This document shows, piece after piece, positions 37,940 through 48,397 of a stretch of 64,000 nucleotides of DNA; the first letter of the stretch is position 1; each line of letters starts with the position of its first letter. The translations under genes and the position numbers were made by a program. The DNA comes from Caulobacteraceae bacterium (GTDB lineage Bacteria; Pseudomonadota; Alphaproteobacteria; Caulobacterales; Caulobacteraceae). The notes under the pieces were generated by a model. That model searched no databases. It worked only from the letters and a program-made list of their open reading frames with translations, and had not been told where the DNA came from. The DNA lies in assembly GCA_036511515.1 (NCBI GenBank), contig DATCCB010000076.1:2482-66481 (forward strand), in the 5' to 3' direction.

Positions 37940-38893
37940 CTAGAAGGCCAGCCGGTTCTTGAAGGCTTCGGTCGCGGCCAGCTTGGCGGCGCGGATTCCG
38001 GGTTCGCGTTCCAGGTGCCCCGCCTCCGGCACGATGACATAGCGCGCCTGAGGCCAGGCGCGCGCCAGTTCATCGGCGGTGACAATGGGGCAGACTATAT
38101 CATAGCGTCCCTGGATGATCGTCGCCGGGATGTCGCGGATAGCGTCGATGCCGCCCAGCAGCGGGTGGGCCTCGAAGTAGGTTTCATTGACGAAATAGTG
38201 AGCTTCGATCCTGCCCATGCCCAGTGCAACCGCGTCGTCCCGGAACACCGCCAGCGCCTCGGTATCCGGACGCAGAGTGGCGCAGGAGCCTTCGTAGAGA
38301 CTCCAGGCTCGCGCGGCGGGACCGTGGACGGCCGGATCGGCATCGCTCAGCCGGCGTTGGTAGGCGCCCAACAAGTCGTGGCGTTGGTCGACGGGGATGT
38401 GGGCGGCAAAGGCGCGCCAGGCCTCGGGAAAGATCGTTCCCATGCCGCGCATGAACCAGTCGATTTCTTGGGGCCTGGCCAGAAAGATGCCGCGAAGAAT
38501 CAGGCCAAGGCAGCGGCTGGGATGCGCCTGCGCATAGGCCAGCGCCAGCGTCGAGCCCCACGAACCGCCGAGCAGCAGCCACCGATCGATGCGGAGGTGC
38601 TCGCGCAGGCGCTCGATGTCGTCGATCAAGAGGGCGGCGGTGTTACGCCGGGTCTCGCCGTGGGGCGTCGAGCGGCCCGCGCCGCGCTGGTCGTAGACAA
38701 CGATGCGATAGGCCCCGGGATCGAACAGCCGCCGGTGGTCGGGATGGCTGCCCGAGCCTGGCCCGCCATGCAGGAACAGCGCCGGGGTCCCGTCGGCGTT
38801 TCCCGACTGCTCGAAGTACATCGTGTGCAGATCGTCGAGCCGAAGATGACCGCTGTCGAACGGCTCGATTTGTGGAAAGAGTTCACGTCTCAT
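37940..38893 (-). CDS. pip: Proline iminopeptidase
   Basis: HGGPG, DQRGAGRSTP, GGSWGS, LILRGIFL, QGRYDIVCP, AGH. Confidence 0.95.
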   Translation of the reverse strand: MRRELFPQIEPFDSGHLRLDDLHTMYFEQSGNADGTPALFLHGGPGSGSHPDHRRLFDPGAYRIVVYDQRGAGRSTPHGETRRNTAALLIDDIERLREHLRIDRWLLLGGSWGSTLALAYAQAHPSRCLGLILRGIFLARPQEIDWFMRGMGTIFPEAWRAFAAHIPVDQRHDLLGAYQRRLSDADPAVHGPAARAWSLYEGSCATLRPDTEALAVFRDDAVALGMGRIEAHYFVNETYFEAHPLLGGIDAIRDIPATIIQGRYDIVCPIVTADELARAWPQARYVIVPEAGHLEREPGIRAAKLAATEAFKNRLAF

Positions 38894-38940
38894 CGAGGCG
38901 CCTCGCCGTCGCGCGCCATTCTATCTGCGGGAACTCGGCC

Positions 38941-40098
38941 ATGTCATCGTCCGCCGATGTCATCGTTGTCGGCCTGGGCGCCGCCGGGGCGGCCACTCTC
39001 TTTCAGCTGAGCAAGCGCGGCGTGCGGGTTCTGGGTATCGATCGCCACACACCGCCGCACGATCTGGGCTCCAGTCATGGCCAGTCGCGCATCACCCGCC
39101 AGGCGATCGGCGAGGGGGCCGACTACGCGCCGCTGGCTCTGCGCGCGCACCAGCTGTGGCGCGAAATGGAGGCCCAGACGGGCGAAAATCTGATGCTGAC
39201 GACGGGCTGCCTGGTCATCGGCCCATTGGATATCGGCGAGGCGCCCCTGGGAAAGCCGAAATTCGTCCGCCGCACGATCGAGGTCGCCGAACGTTTCGCC
39301 ATTCCCCACGAAGTGCTTGACGCGGGCGAAATCCGTCGACGTTTCCCACAGTTTTCGCCCCGCGAGTCGGAGGTGGCCTGCTTTGAGCCCGGCGGGGGGC
39401 TGGTCCATCCCGAACGCTGCATCGCCGCCCAGCTCGCCCTGGCCGCCCGTTACGGGGCCGCCATCCGCATGGGCGAGCGGGTGACTTCGATCTCGCAGGT
39501 CGGCGATGTGATGGAAGTTACCACCGAGGGCGCAACGCATCGGGCGGCCCAGGTGATCGTATGCGCCGGGCCGTGGACGCCCGGCCTCCTGGGGGGCCGC
39601 TATGCGGCGGACCTTGGTCTCTACCGCCAGACGATGCACTGGTTCGAGCCCCGCAGGGCGGTGGAGTTCGCGCCGGAACGGATGCCGGTATTCATCTGGA
39701 TGCATGGCGGCGAGGGCGGTTGGTTCTACGGTTTCCCTGCTGTCGATGGCGAAGCGGGGGTCAAGGTCGCCAGCGAACAGTTCTCAGCCAGTCTCACTGC
39801 TCCCGAAGCCGCGCAGCGGAAAGTAGACGCCGCGGAGGCCGCCGCCATGCACGCGCTGCATGTGGCGGGGCGCCTGCGCGGATTGAGCGCCAAGCGCCTG
39901 CGATCGGCCAGCTGTATCTACACCATGGCCCCGGACCAGCGCTTCATTGTCGCCCGCGACCCCGACCGGGATCGGATGACCGTGGTTTCAGCCTGCTCGG
40001 GACACGGTTTCAAACATTCGCCCGCCATTGGCGAGGCGGTGGCGCAATGGCTGACCGGATCTGGGCCGCCGGCAATGCTGGCGCCGTTCGCCGGATGA
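38941..40098 (+). CDS. solA: N-methyl-L-tryptophan oxidase / monomeric sarcosine oxidase family
   Basis: GLGAAG, PPHDLGSSHGQSRITR, CIYT, CSGHGFK. Confidence 0.85.
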   Translation: MSSSADVIVVGLGAAGAATLFQLSKRGVRVLGIDRHTPPHDLGSSHGQSRITRQAIGEGADYAPLALRAHQLWREMEAQTGENLMLTTGCLVIGPLDIGEAPLGKPKFVRRTIEVAERFAIPHEVLDAGEIRRRFPQFSPRESEVACFEPGGGLVHPERCIAAQLALAARYGAAIRMGERVTSISQVGDVMEVTTEGATHRAAQVIVCAGPWTPGLLGGRYAADLGLYRQTMHWFEPRRAVEFAPERMPVFIWMHGGEGGWFYGFPAVDGEAGVKVASEQFSASLTAPEAAQRKVDAAEAAAMHALHVAGRLRGLSAKRLRSASCIYTMAPDQRFIVARDPDRDRMTVVSACSGHGFKHSPAIGEAVAQWLTGSGPPAMLAPFAG

Positions 40099-40115
40099 CC
40101 CCGCATCTGCGGCAA

Positions 40116-43100
40116 CTAGGTCAGGATGTGCCAGTCGGACGCCAGCGAATGCAGGCTGGGCGCGCCGAACAGGTGGCCGGAGGCCATGGACGAGGCGAAG
40201 GGATCGGCAAAGCCGTGCAAGCCCAGACCCGACCCGGCGCCGGCAATATCGGCATAGGCGGGGCTTACGGTCGCCAGCGGGCTCGCCAAGTCAAGCAATG
40301 GCGCTGCGGCGACATGGCCGAGGGCGGTGTTCGCAAAGGCCAGGCTGCCACCATCAGCGAGCTGGAAGCTGGTTGCGGCGCCGTGCGCGGGCGCCGCCGA
40401 GAGCGCGGTCGCCGAGAAAGCGGAATGGGCGGCGCCGCCCGCTGTTGCAAGGCCGCTCGAGGGGGCGGTGGTGATGTGGATCGTGACGGTGGTCGGCGCG
40501 CTGGAAGCGTGCCCGTCGGTAGCGATGTAGGTGAAGGTGTCGGTTCCCGTGAAGCCGCCGTGTCCCGTCCTGGCGATGTAGGTGAATGAGCCATCGGTGT
40601 TGAGGGTCAAGGTCCCGTGGGTGGGGCCACCGTGCGCGGCCAGCTGAGCGGTCAGCGGAAGGCCATTGGGATCGGTATCGTTGGCCAGCACGCCGTTCTT
40701 GGCGCTGACCGTGAGCAGCTGGTTGTCGACCGCGTTGTAGCTGTCTGGCTGGGCGGTTGGCGCGCCCGCGGCGACGTTCAGCGTCACCAGCGTTGGCTGC
40801 CCCGACGCGCTTCCGTCGCTGGCGACATAGGTAAAGCTGTCCTTGCCGACGAAGCCGCTCGTGGGTGTGTAGCTGAAAGAGCCGTCGGTGTTCAGGGTCA
40901 CGGCGCCATGCGCTGGCCCGCCGGCCAGCGCAGCGGTGAGCGCCAGGCCATTGGGGTCGGTGTCGTTGGCCAGCACGCCGGCGGCCGCCGTGACCACCAG
41001 GGTTTGGCCTGCCGTATCCAGGTAAGTGTCCGGATTGGAGACCGGGGGGCCGGCGGCGGTGATGTTGAGGCTGACGGTGGTCGGCGCGCCCGAGGCCAGG
41101 CTGTCACTGGCGACGTAGGAAAAACTGTCCTTGCCGACAAAACCGGCCGCCGGGGTATAGGCGAACGAGCCGTCGGCGCTGAGGCTCACGGTCCCGTGCG
41201 CGGGGGCGGCGGAGAGGCCCGCGGTCAGCGGCAGGCCGTTGTTGTCTGCATCGTTGGCCAGGACGCCGCTACCGGCGGTGACGGTCAGCACATGGCCTGC
41301 CGGGCCGTTATAGCTGTCGGGGACCGAGGTCGGCGCCGTGGCGCTGACCGTCAGGCTGACCGTGGTCACCGCGCTCGAGGCGGCGCCGTCGCTGGCCTGA
41401 TAGGTGAAGCTGTCCTTGCCCGCGAAACCGAGCGTCGGGGTATAGCTGAACGAGCCATCGGCATTGAGCGTCACCGCGCCGTGCGCCGGCGCCGCTACAA
41501 GAGCCGCGGTCAGCGCCAGGCCGTTGGGGTCGGTGTCGTTGGCCAGGACGCCGCTGGCGGCGTTGACGCTGAGGGTGTGGCCGGCGCCGTCGCCGTAGGC
41601 ATCGGCGTTGACGGTTGGCGCGCCGCTGGTCACCGCCACCGTCACCGTGGTTGGCGCGCCCGAGGAGAGGCTGTCGCTGGCGACATAGGTAAAGCTGTCC
41701 TTGCCGACGAAACCGGCCGCCGGGGCGTAGCTGAACGAGCCGTCGGGATTGACGGTGACCGAGCCGTGGGCCGGGCCGGTCGCCACCGCCGCGGTGAGGG
41801 CCAAGCCGTTGTTGTCGACATCGTTGGCCAGCAGGCCCGAGCCGGCGGGGACGGTCAAGGTATGGCCGACGCCATCGCTGTAGCTGTCCGGATTGGACGT
41901 CGGAGCCGTGGCGTTGACCGTCAGGGTGACGGTGGTCGGCGGAGCGGACGCCGCGCCGTCGCTGGCCACATAGGTGAAGCTGTCCTGGCCGGCGAAACCC
42001 AGGGCGGGCGTATAGCTGAACGAGCCGTCCTTGTTCAGGGTCAAGGCGCCGTGCGCCGGACCGGTGGCCTCGGACGCGGTAAGGGTGAGGCCGTTGGGGT
42101 CGGTATCGTTGGCCAGCACGCCGTTGGCGGCGGTGGTGGTCAGAGTATGGCCGGCGCCATCGGCGTAGCTGTCAGGATTGGAGTGAGGCGCCCCGGCGGA
42201 GACGGTGATCGTCACCAGGGTCGGCGCGCCCGGCCCGTTCTTGTCGCTGGCGATGTAGGTGAAGGTGTCTGCGCCGACAAAGCCGGCGGTGGGCACATAG
42301 CGGAAGGCGCCGACGGCGTTCAGCGTCACCGTGCCGTGGGTGGGACCGCCGCCGGGGGCCAGGGCCGCGCGCAAGGCCAAGTGGTTGGTGTCGGTGTCGT
42401 TGGCCAGGACGCCCTTGTTGGCCAGGACCACCAAGGCCTGGCCCGGCGTGTCGGTATAGAAGTCGGGATTGGACATCGGCCCGACGCCGATGGCGGTGAC
42501 CGTAAGGTTGACGGTGGTGGCGACGCCGGTCGAGAGGCTGTCGGCGGGGATGTAGGTGAAGCTGTCCTTGCCGGTGAAGCCGGTCGTCGGGGTATAGCTG
42601 AACGAGCCGTCCGCGTTGAGGCTCACCGCGCCATGGGCCGGGCCCGTGGCCAGGGCGGCTGTCAGGGTCAGGCCGTTGTTGTCGGTGTCGTTGGCCAGAA
42701 CCCCGCCGGCGGCGGGGGCGGTCAGGGTGGTGTTTTCAGGATCGCTGTAGCTGTCGGCTACCGAGGTCGGCGCGGAAGCGGTGACGGTGAGGCTGACCGT
42801 GGTCGGCGCGCCGGTCGAAAGGCTGTCGCTGGCGATATAGGTGAAGCTGTCGGCGCCGGCGTAGCCGAGGGTTGGCGTGTAGCTGAACGAGCCGTCCGGG
42901 TTGACGGTCACCGCGCCGTGGGCGGGCCCTGTGGCCACCGCCGCGGTGAGGGTGAGGCCGTTGTTGTCGGTGTCGTTGGCCAGGACGCCGTTGGCGGCGG
43001 TGGTGGTCAGGGTGTGGCCGGCGCCGTCGCCATAACTATCGGCCGCGGACGTCGGCGCGGTCGCGGCGACGTTGATGGTGACCAGGGTCGAGGCGCCGGA

Positions 43101-46100
43101 CGCCTTCCCGTCGCTGGCGATATAGGTGAACGTGTCCGTGCCCGCGAAACCGAGCGTCGGGGTGTAGTTGAATGAGCCGTCCTTGTTCAGCGTCACCGTA
43201 CCGTCGGCCGGTCCGGTGTTCAGCGTCGCGGTGAGCGGCAGGCTATTGGGGTCGGTGTCGTTGGCCAGGACGCCGTTGGCGGCGGTGGTGGTCAGGGTAT
43301 GGCCGGCGCCGTCGCCGTAGGTGTCCGGGTTGGAAACGGGGGCCCCCGCGCCGCCCGTTACGTTGACCGTGACGGTAGTCGGGACGCCGGCGGAAAGGCT
43401 GTCGACGGCGATGTATTTGAAGCTGTCGGCGCCGCTGAAGCTCGCGGCAGGCGTGTAGTTGAACGAGCCGTCCGGGTTGAACGTCACCGACCCGTGGGCC
43501 GGACCGGTCGACAGCGCCGCGGTGAGGGTCAGTCCATTGTTGTCGGTGTCGTTGCTGAGCACGCCGCTCGCGGCGGCCACGGTCAGGGTGGTGTTGGCCG
43601 GATCGGTGTAACTGTCGGCCACCGATGTTGGCGACGCAGCGATGACATCGACGGTGACCGTAGTCGGCGCGCCCGTCGAAAGGCTGTCGCTGGCCTTGTA
43701 GGTGAAGGTGTCGACACCGGCGAAACCCACCGTCGGCGTGTAGTTGAACGACCCATCGGCGTTGACCGTCACCGCGCCGTGCGTCGGGGCGGTGGCGACG
43801 GCCGCGGTCAGTGCCAGGCCGTTATTGTCGGTGTCATTGGCCAGCAGGCCACTGGCGACGTTCACCGCCAGGGCGTGGCCGGCGCCGTCGGCATAGCCGT
43901 CGGCCATGGAGGTCGGCGGACTGGCGGTGATGTTGAGGGTGACCGTCGTCGGCGCCCCCGAGGAGATGCCGTCGCTGGCGACATACTTGAAGCTGTCGGT
44001 CCCGGCGAACCCGGGGGTCGAGACGTAGACGAACGATCCGTTGGAATTCAGCGTCAGCGTGCCATGGGTCGGGGCCCCGGCGAGCGCGGCCGTGAGCGGC
44101 AGGCCGTTGTTGTCCGTATCGTTGGCCAGGACGCCGTTGGCCGCGGTTACCGTCAGGGTCTTGGCGGCGCCATCGGCATAGGCATCCGCGATCGAGGTCG
44201 GCGCGTTGGCGGCGACGTTGACCGTGACCGTGGTCGGCGCTCCGCTCGAAAGGCTGTCGCTGGCGATGTATTTGAACGTGTCCGCGCCGGCGAAGCCGAG
44301 GGTGGGCGTGTAGTCGAACGAACCGTCGCTGTTGATCGAGACGACGCCGTGGGACGGGGCCGTGGAAACGGCGGCGGTCAGCGCCAGACCGTTGTTGTCG
44401 GTGTCGTTGGCCAGCACGCCGCCGGCGGTGTTGACGATCAGCGTGTGGCCGGCGCTCGCGCCATAGACGTCAGCCGTCGAGGTTGGCGGGCTGGCGGTGA
44501 CATTGAGGCTGACCTTGGTCGGCGGCGCGGACGCCAGACTGTCGCTGGCGATGTAGGTGAAGCTGTCCGTGCCGGCGAAACCCTTGTTCGGCGTATAGGC
44601 GAAAGACCCATCGGCGTTGACGGTCAGCACGCCGTCGGCCGGGCCGCTGGCCACCGCGGCCTTGAGGGGCAGGCCGTTGTTGTCGGCGTCGTTGCTGAGC
44701 ACACCGCTGGCGGCCACGTTCAGGGTATGCCCGGCGGTGTCGTTGTAGCTATCGGCCACGGTTGTCGGGGCGCTGGCGGTGACGTTGACGGTGACGGTCG
44801 TCGGCGCGCCGGGCGATGAGCTGTCGCTGGCGATGTAGCTGAAGGTGTCGGCGCCGGCGAACCCCAGAGTGGGAACGTAGGTGAACGAGCCGTCGGCGTT
44901 CAGGGTCACCGTGCCGTGGCTGGCTGGGCTATTGAGCGTGGCGGTGAGTGGCAGGCCGTTGTTGTCGGTGTCATTGGCCAGGACGCCGGGCGCTGTGACG
45001 GTCAGAGTCTTGCCGGCGCCATCCGCATAGCTGTCCGGGAGCGAGGTCGGCGGCCCGCTGACGTTGATCGTCACCGTGGTCGGCGCCGACGAGCCGAAGT
45101 TGTCCGTGGCGACATAGGTGAAGCTGTCGACGCCCGCGAACCCGGGGTTGGGGGTGTAGGTGAACGAGCCGTCTGAACCGAGGCCCGGGCCCAGTGAGCC
45201 GTTCGAAGGGCCGGTATTGAGCGTGGCGGTGATGGGTAGGTTGTTGGGATCGCTGTCGTTGGCCAGGACGCCGGGCGCTGCGACGGTCAGCGGCTGGTTT
45301 TCGGTGATGGTGTAGGAGTCGGGACTGGTGAGCGGCGGCGGCCCGCTGATGATCACCAGCGTGCCGGGCGTCCCCATGTTGTCGCTCGAGGTGCTGAACG
45401 TGACGTTGGTGTAGTCGGCGCCGGTGAGGTTGAGGTTGGCGGTGTGCGTGCCGTCGGTGACGGTGAGGACCCCGCCGCCCGAAGACCCGGAGAACGAGGC
45501 GTAGGCAGTGGCCGGGTTGATGTCCCTCAGATCAAGGGTGTCGGTATTGGAGCCGCCGTCGGAGGCGAAGCCGTTGATCGTTCCGGTGGTGTAGCCGTGG
45601 GAATTGGCCAGTTCGAGGGTTTCGGAACCATACTGGTAAAGAAAGTCGACGTTCTGGTTGAACGTCGGGGTGGTGAAATCGACCGTGCCGTTGGAGATAT
45701 CGACCGTGCCGGCCCCGCTGACGGCGCTGTTCACCTGCAGTGTGCCGCCGCTGGTCGCCTCGAGGATGCCGTCGTTGACGATTGTGTTCGCGCCGGTGTC
45801 GATGACCAGCGGGTTGATGCCGACCGCGTCGATGGTCCCGCCCAACTGATTGTCCAGCGTCAGGTTGGCGTCGCCCAGTTGGCCCGCGCCGGAGATGGTG
45901 TCGTTGACGTTGGTGAGCGTCACCGCGCCGCCGCCGCCGGTGTCGATATGATTCCCGGTATTGTCACCGAGCGTCACGAGGCTGCCGCCATCGAGCGTCG
46001 CGCCGGCGGGCCCGATGATCAGCTCGGCGACCCCGGTGTTGGCGTTGAGGCTGATCTGGCCGTAGTTGTCGATCGTCCCCGTGATCGTCAGGCTGCTGCT

Positions 46101-48119
46101 GTCGGCGACGTTGATCTGGCTGTGACTGTCGACCGAGCCGTTGGTCGCGCCGTCGATGGTCGCGGTGCTTCCACTCAGGGTGGTGATGGAGACACTGGAT
46201 GAATTGAGGTTGCCGCCGACGATGTCGGCGCCGTCCAGGGTAACGGTTGCGGAATTGGCGTAGATATTGCCGCCGGCGTTGTCCACCGTCGTGCCGTGGA
46301 TCGTCAGGCCGCCCGCACCGGTGGCCTCAATCAGGCCGGTGTTGATCACCGCGTTGGCGCCGGTGTCGATGATCAGCGGGTTATTGAAGCCGCTGGCGTC
46401 AATGACGCCGCTGGCCTCGTTGTCCAGCGTCAGGTTGGCGTCGCCCAGGTGGCCCGCGCCGGAGATGGTGTTGTTGACGTTGGTGAGGGTGACCGCGCCC
46501 GTGCCGCTGGCCTCGATCTGATTGCCGGCGTTGTCGGTCAGCGTCACTTGGCCGTAGCCGTTCAGCGTAGCGCCGACGGGGGCGATAATCAGCGTCGAGC
46601 CGCCGCTTGATGCATTAAGGCTGATCTGGCTGTCGTTGTAGATCGTGCCGCCGATCGTCAGGCTGCTGTTGTCGCTGACATAGATAACGCTGTTGTTGGT
46701 GACCGTGCTGCTGCTGCCATCAAGGGTAGAGGCGGGGCCGTAGGGGACGAAAAAGTCGCCACCGTTGTTGTTGAGCGCCCCGCCGATGATGTCCGCGCCG
46801 GATAGGAAGATCGTCGAGTTTTGGGCGTACAGCGTGCCGCCGCCGGAGTTGTCGACGGTGCTGTTGAGGATCGTCAGGCTACTGCCGGAGCTGGCTTCGA
46901 TCACGCCGTAGTTGATCACCTCGCCGGCGCCGGTGCTGATCGTCAGGCCATACGACAAGGTGGCGTCGATCGTCCCGCTGGCGTCGTTGACCAGGTTCAG
47001 CTGTCCGTCACCCAGCAAACCGCCGCCGTTGATGGTGTTGTCGACGTTGGTTAGGGTGTTGGTCCCGCCCTGGCCCACGATGATGTTGTGGGCGTTGTCG
47101 CCGGCCAGGGTCACCGTGCCGCCGCCTTTGAGCGAGACGGCGCCGGTGGGGCCGGCGGCGCCGATGTAGAGATGGGTGTCGGCGTTGACGCCGCCGACGA
47201 CGATCTGGCCGCTGTTGGTCAGCGGGCCCAGCAGGGTCAGGTTGCTGCCGTTGACGACGTTCACCAGACCGTCGTTGTTGATCGCCAGGGTGGTCGAATC
47301 GAGGGTCGCGGTGTTGCCAAAAACGGTGTTGATGGCCCCGCCATTGGGTGTCATCAGCGTCCCGCCGCTGATCGTCGCGCCGATCAGGTCGACGTGGGTC
47401 CCAGCCCCATTGGCCTCGATCACGCCCGTGGCGCTGTTGGTGACGGTGGTGTCGACGATCTGTAAACCGCCAACCGAGCCCAGGGCGCCGGGGTTGGTGG
47501 ACTCGAGTAGGTGCGCGTTCGTGACCGCGACGCCGGTAGTGTCGATGACGAGCGCGTGGACGCCGATCGCGTCGATGACGCCGCCCGATTGATTGACCAG
47601 GGTCAGGCTGCCGGCGCCGATCTGCCCGGCCCCGGAAATGGTGTTATCGACGTTGGTCAGGCTGTCGGTGGAGGAATTGCCAAAAATCTGATTGTTGGCG
47701 CTGTCGCTCAAGGTGACCGCACCGCCGCCGTCCAGCGTAGTGGCGCCGCTGACCACCAGGTCGGCGGAGAAATTGGCCGCCTTGAGGTCGATCAGTCCAG
47801 TGTTGTCGAAAGTCCCGCCAAAGTCGAAGGCGGCGTGGTTTTCGACGATGATCGTGCCGGCGCTCGCGCCGCCACCCGTGCCGCTCGAGGCGGTGAAGGT
47901 CACCCCAGCGCCGACGATGTCCAAGGTTGCGTTGGCGGCGGTGACCAGGCTGTTTACGTTCGTATTGACCGAGACCGTGACCGTGTAGTTCACGCCGGCG
48001 ACGTCCAGGTACGCCGTGTCGGCAGCGCCCGGAACGACGCCCGTGCTCCAGTCGCCGACGGTCGCAAAATCGCCGGGTGCCGGCAGGCGCCAGTGGTAGG
48101 GTGATGGTCCAGATGGCAT
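40116..48119 (-). CDS. Giant surface adhesin: N-terminal beta-helix-like repeats + 17 Ig-like (Big_9/tandem-95) repeats
   Basis: 17 counted repeats of P....D.Y...GVLANDTD......HG...N.DGSF.YTP..GF.G.DSFTY.ASD; four LTNV.[N/D]TI.G.G.[L/I]G blocks; Ala-rich tail ending DWHILT. Confidence 0.9.
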   Translation of the reverse strand: MPSGPSPYHWRLPAPGDFATVGDWSTGVVPGAADTAYLDVAGVNYTVTVSVNTNVNSLVTAANATLDIVGAGVTFTASSGTGGGASAGTIIVENHAAFDFGGTFDNTGLIDLKAANFSADLVVSGATTLDGGGAVTLSDSANNQIFGNSSTDSLTNVDNTISGAGQIGAGSLTLVNQSGGVIDAIGVHALVIDTTGVAVTNAHLLESTNPGALGSVGGLQIVDTTVTNSATGVIEANGAGTHVDLIGATISGGTLMTPNGGAINTVFGNTATLDSTTLAINNDGLVNVVNGSNLTLLGPLTNSGQIVVGGVNADTHLYIGAAGPTGAVSLKGGGTVTLAGDNAHNIIVGQGGTNTLTNVDNTINGGGLLGDGQLNLVNDASGTIDATLSYGLTISTGAGEVINYGVIEASSGSSLTILNSTVDNSGGGTLYAQNSTIFLSGADIIGGALNNNGGDFFVPYGPASTLDGSSSTVTNNSVIYVSDNSSLTIGGTIYNDSQISLNASSGGSTLIIAPVGATLNGYGQVTLTDNAGNQIEASGTGAVTLTNVNNTISGAGHLGDANLTLDNEASGVIDASGFNNPLIIDTGANAVINTGLIEATGAGGLTIHGTTVDNAGGNIYANSATVTLDGADIVGGNLNSSSVSITTLSGSTATIDGATNGSVDSHSQINVADSSSLTITGTIDNYGQISLNANTGVAELIIGPAGATLDGGSLVTLGDNTGNHIDTGGGGAVTLTNVNDTISGAGQLGDANLTLDNQLGGTIDAVGINPLVIDTGANTIVNDGILEATSGGTLQVNSAVSGAGTVDISNGTVDFTTPTFNQNVDFLYQYGSETLELANSHGYTTGTINGFASDGGSNTDTLDLRDINPATAYASFSGSSGGGVLTVTDGTHTANLNLTGADYTNVTFSTSSDNMGTPGTLVIISGPPPLTSPDSYTITENQPLTVAAPGVLANDSDPNNLPITATLNTGPSNGSLGPGLGSDGSFTYTPNPGFAGVDSFTYVATDNFGSSAPTTVTINVSGPPTSLPDSYADGAGKTLTVTAPGVLANDTDNNGLPLTATLNSPASHGTVTLNADGSFTYVPTLGFAGADTFSYIASDSSSPGAPTTVTVNVTASAPTTVADSYNDTAGHTLNVAASGVLSNDADNNGLPLKAAVASGPADGVLTVNADGSFAYTPNKGFAGTDSFTYIASDSLASAPPTKVSLNVTASPPTSTADVYGASAGHTLIVNTAGGVLANDTDNNGLALTAAVSTAPSHGVVSINSDGSFDYTPTLGFAGADTFKYIASDSLSSGAPTTVTVNVAANAPTSIADAYADGAAKTLTVTAANGVLANDTDNNGLPLTAALAGAPTHGTLTLNSNGSFVYVSTPGFAGTDSFKYVASDGISSGAPTTVTLNITASPPTSMADGYADGAGHALAVNVASGLLANDTDNNGLALTAAVATAPTHGAVTVNADGSFNYTPTVGFAGVDTFTYKASDSLSTGAPTTVTVDVIAASPTSVADSYTDPANTTLTVAAASGVLSNDTDNNGLTLTAALSTGPAHGSVTFNPDGSFNYTPAASFSGADSFKYIAVDSLSAGVPTTVTVNVTGGAGAPVSNPDTYGDGAGHTLTTTAANGVLANDTDPNSLPLTATLNTGPADGTVTLNKDGSFNYTPTLGFAGTDTFTYIASDGKASGASTLVTINVAATAPTSAADSYGDGAGHTLTTTAANGVLANDTDNNGLTLTAAVATGPAHGAVTVNPDGSFSYTPTLGYAGADSFTYIASDSLSTGAPTTVSLTVTASAPTSVADSYSDPENTTLTAPAAGGVLANDTDNNGLTLTAALATGPAHGAVSLNADGSFSYTPTTGFTGKDSFTYIPADSLSTGVATTVNLTVTAIGVGPMSNPDFYTDTPGQALVVLANKGVLANDTDTNHLALRAALAPGGGPTHGTVTLNAVGAFRYVPTAGFVGADTFTYIASDKNGPGAPTLVTITVSAGAPHSNPDSYADGAGHTLTTTAANGVLANDTDPNGLTLTASEATGPAHGALTLNKDGSFSYTPALGFAGQDSFTYVASDGAASAPPTTVTLTVNATAPTSNPDSYSDGVGHTLTVPAGSGLLANDVDNNGLALTAAVATGPAHGSVTVNPDGSFSYAPAAGFVGKDSFTYVASDSLSSGAPTTVTVAVTSGAPTVNADAYGDGAGHTLSVNAASGVLANDTDPNGLALTAALVAAPAHGAVTLNADGSFSYTPTLGFAGKDSFTYQASDGAASSAVTTVSLTVSATAPTSVPDSYNGPAGHVLTVTAGSGVLANDADNNGLPLTAGLSAAPAHGTVSLSADGSFAYTPAAGFVGKDSFSYVASDSLASGAPTTVSLNITAAGPPVSNPDTYLDTAGQTLVVTAAAGVLANDTDPNGLALTAALAGGPAHGAVTLNTDGSFSYTPTSGFVGKDSFTYVASDGSASGQPTLVTLNVAAGAPTAQPDSYNAVDNQLLTVSAKNGVLANDTDPNGLPLTAQLAAHGGPTHGTLTLNTDGSFTYIARTGHGGFTGTDTFTYIATDGHASSAPTTVTIHITTAPSSGLATAGGAAHSAFSATALSAAPAHGAATSFQLADGGSLAFANTALGHVAAAPLLDLASPLATVSPAYADIAGAGSGLGLHGFADPFASSMASGHLFGAPSLHSLASDWHILT

Positions 48120-48397
48120 TGTCGCGCGCTCTCACTCTGATTGAGGCTGTGCGGCCGCGCCCCCGCGCTGTGCCGATGCCGATGGCTAACAAGCTTTGCC
48201 GCCGATCAAGGCGCGCCGGGTTCAACATAGCGAAGAGTTGGCTGGTTTCCTATTGTTGGTCGTAAGTGTCGCACCTTCAGGCGGTTTCCATCGACGCCAC
48301 GCGGCGCGCAGCCGGCGGCGCGGCGCGACTTGTCCACCACCCGCGAGCGTGAAAGTGTCGGCTGGCCGCCCAAGAGCCGGAGTTTCGCAATCGTCCC

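Noticed and set aside
40617-46202. Long plus-strand ORFs (852, 506, 252 aa) within the adhesin
   Set aside because: Antisense shadows of a repetitive high-GC3 gene.
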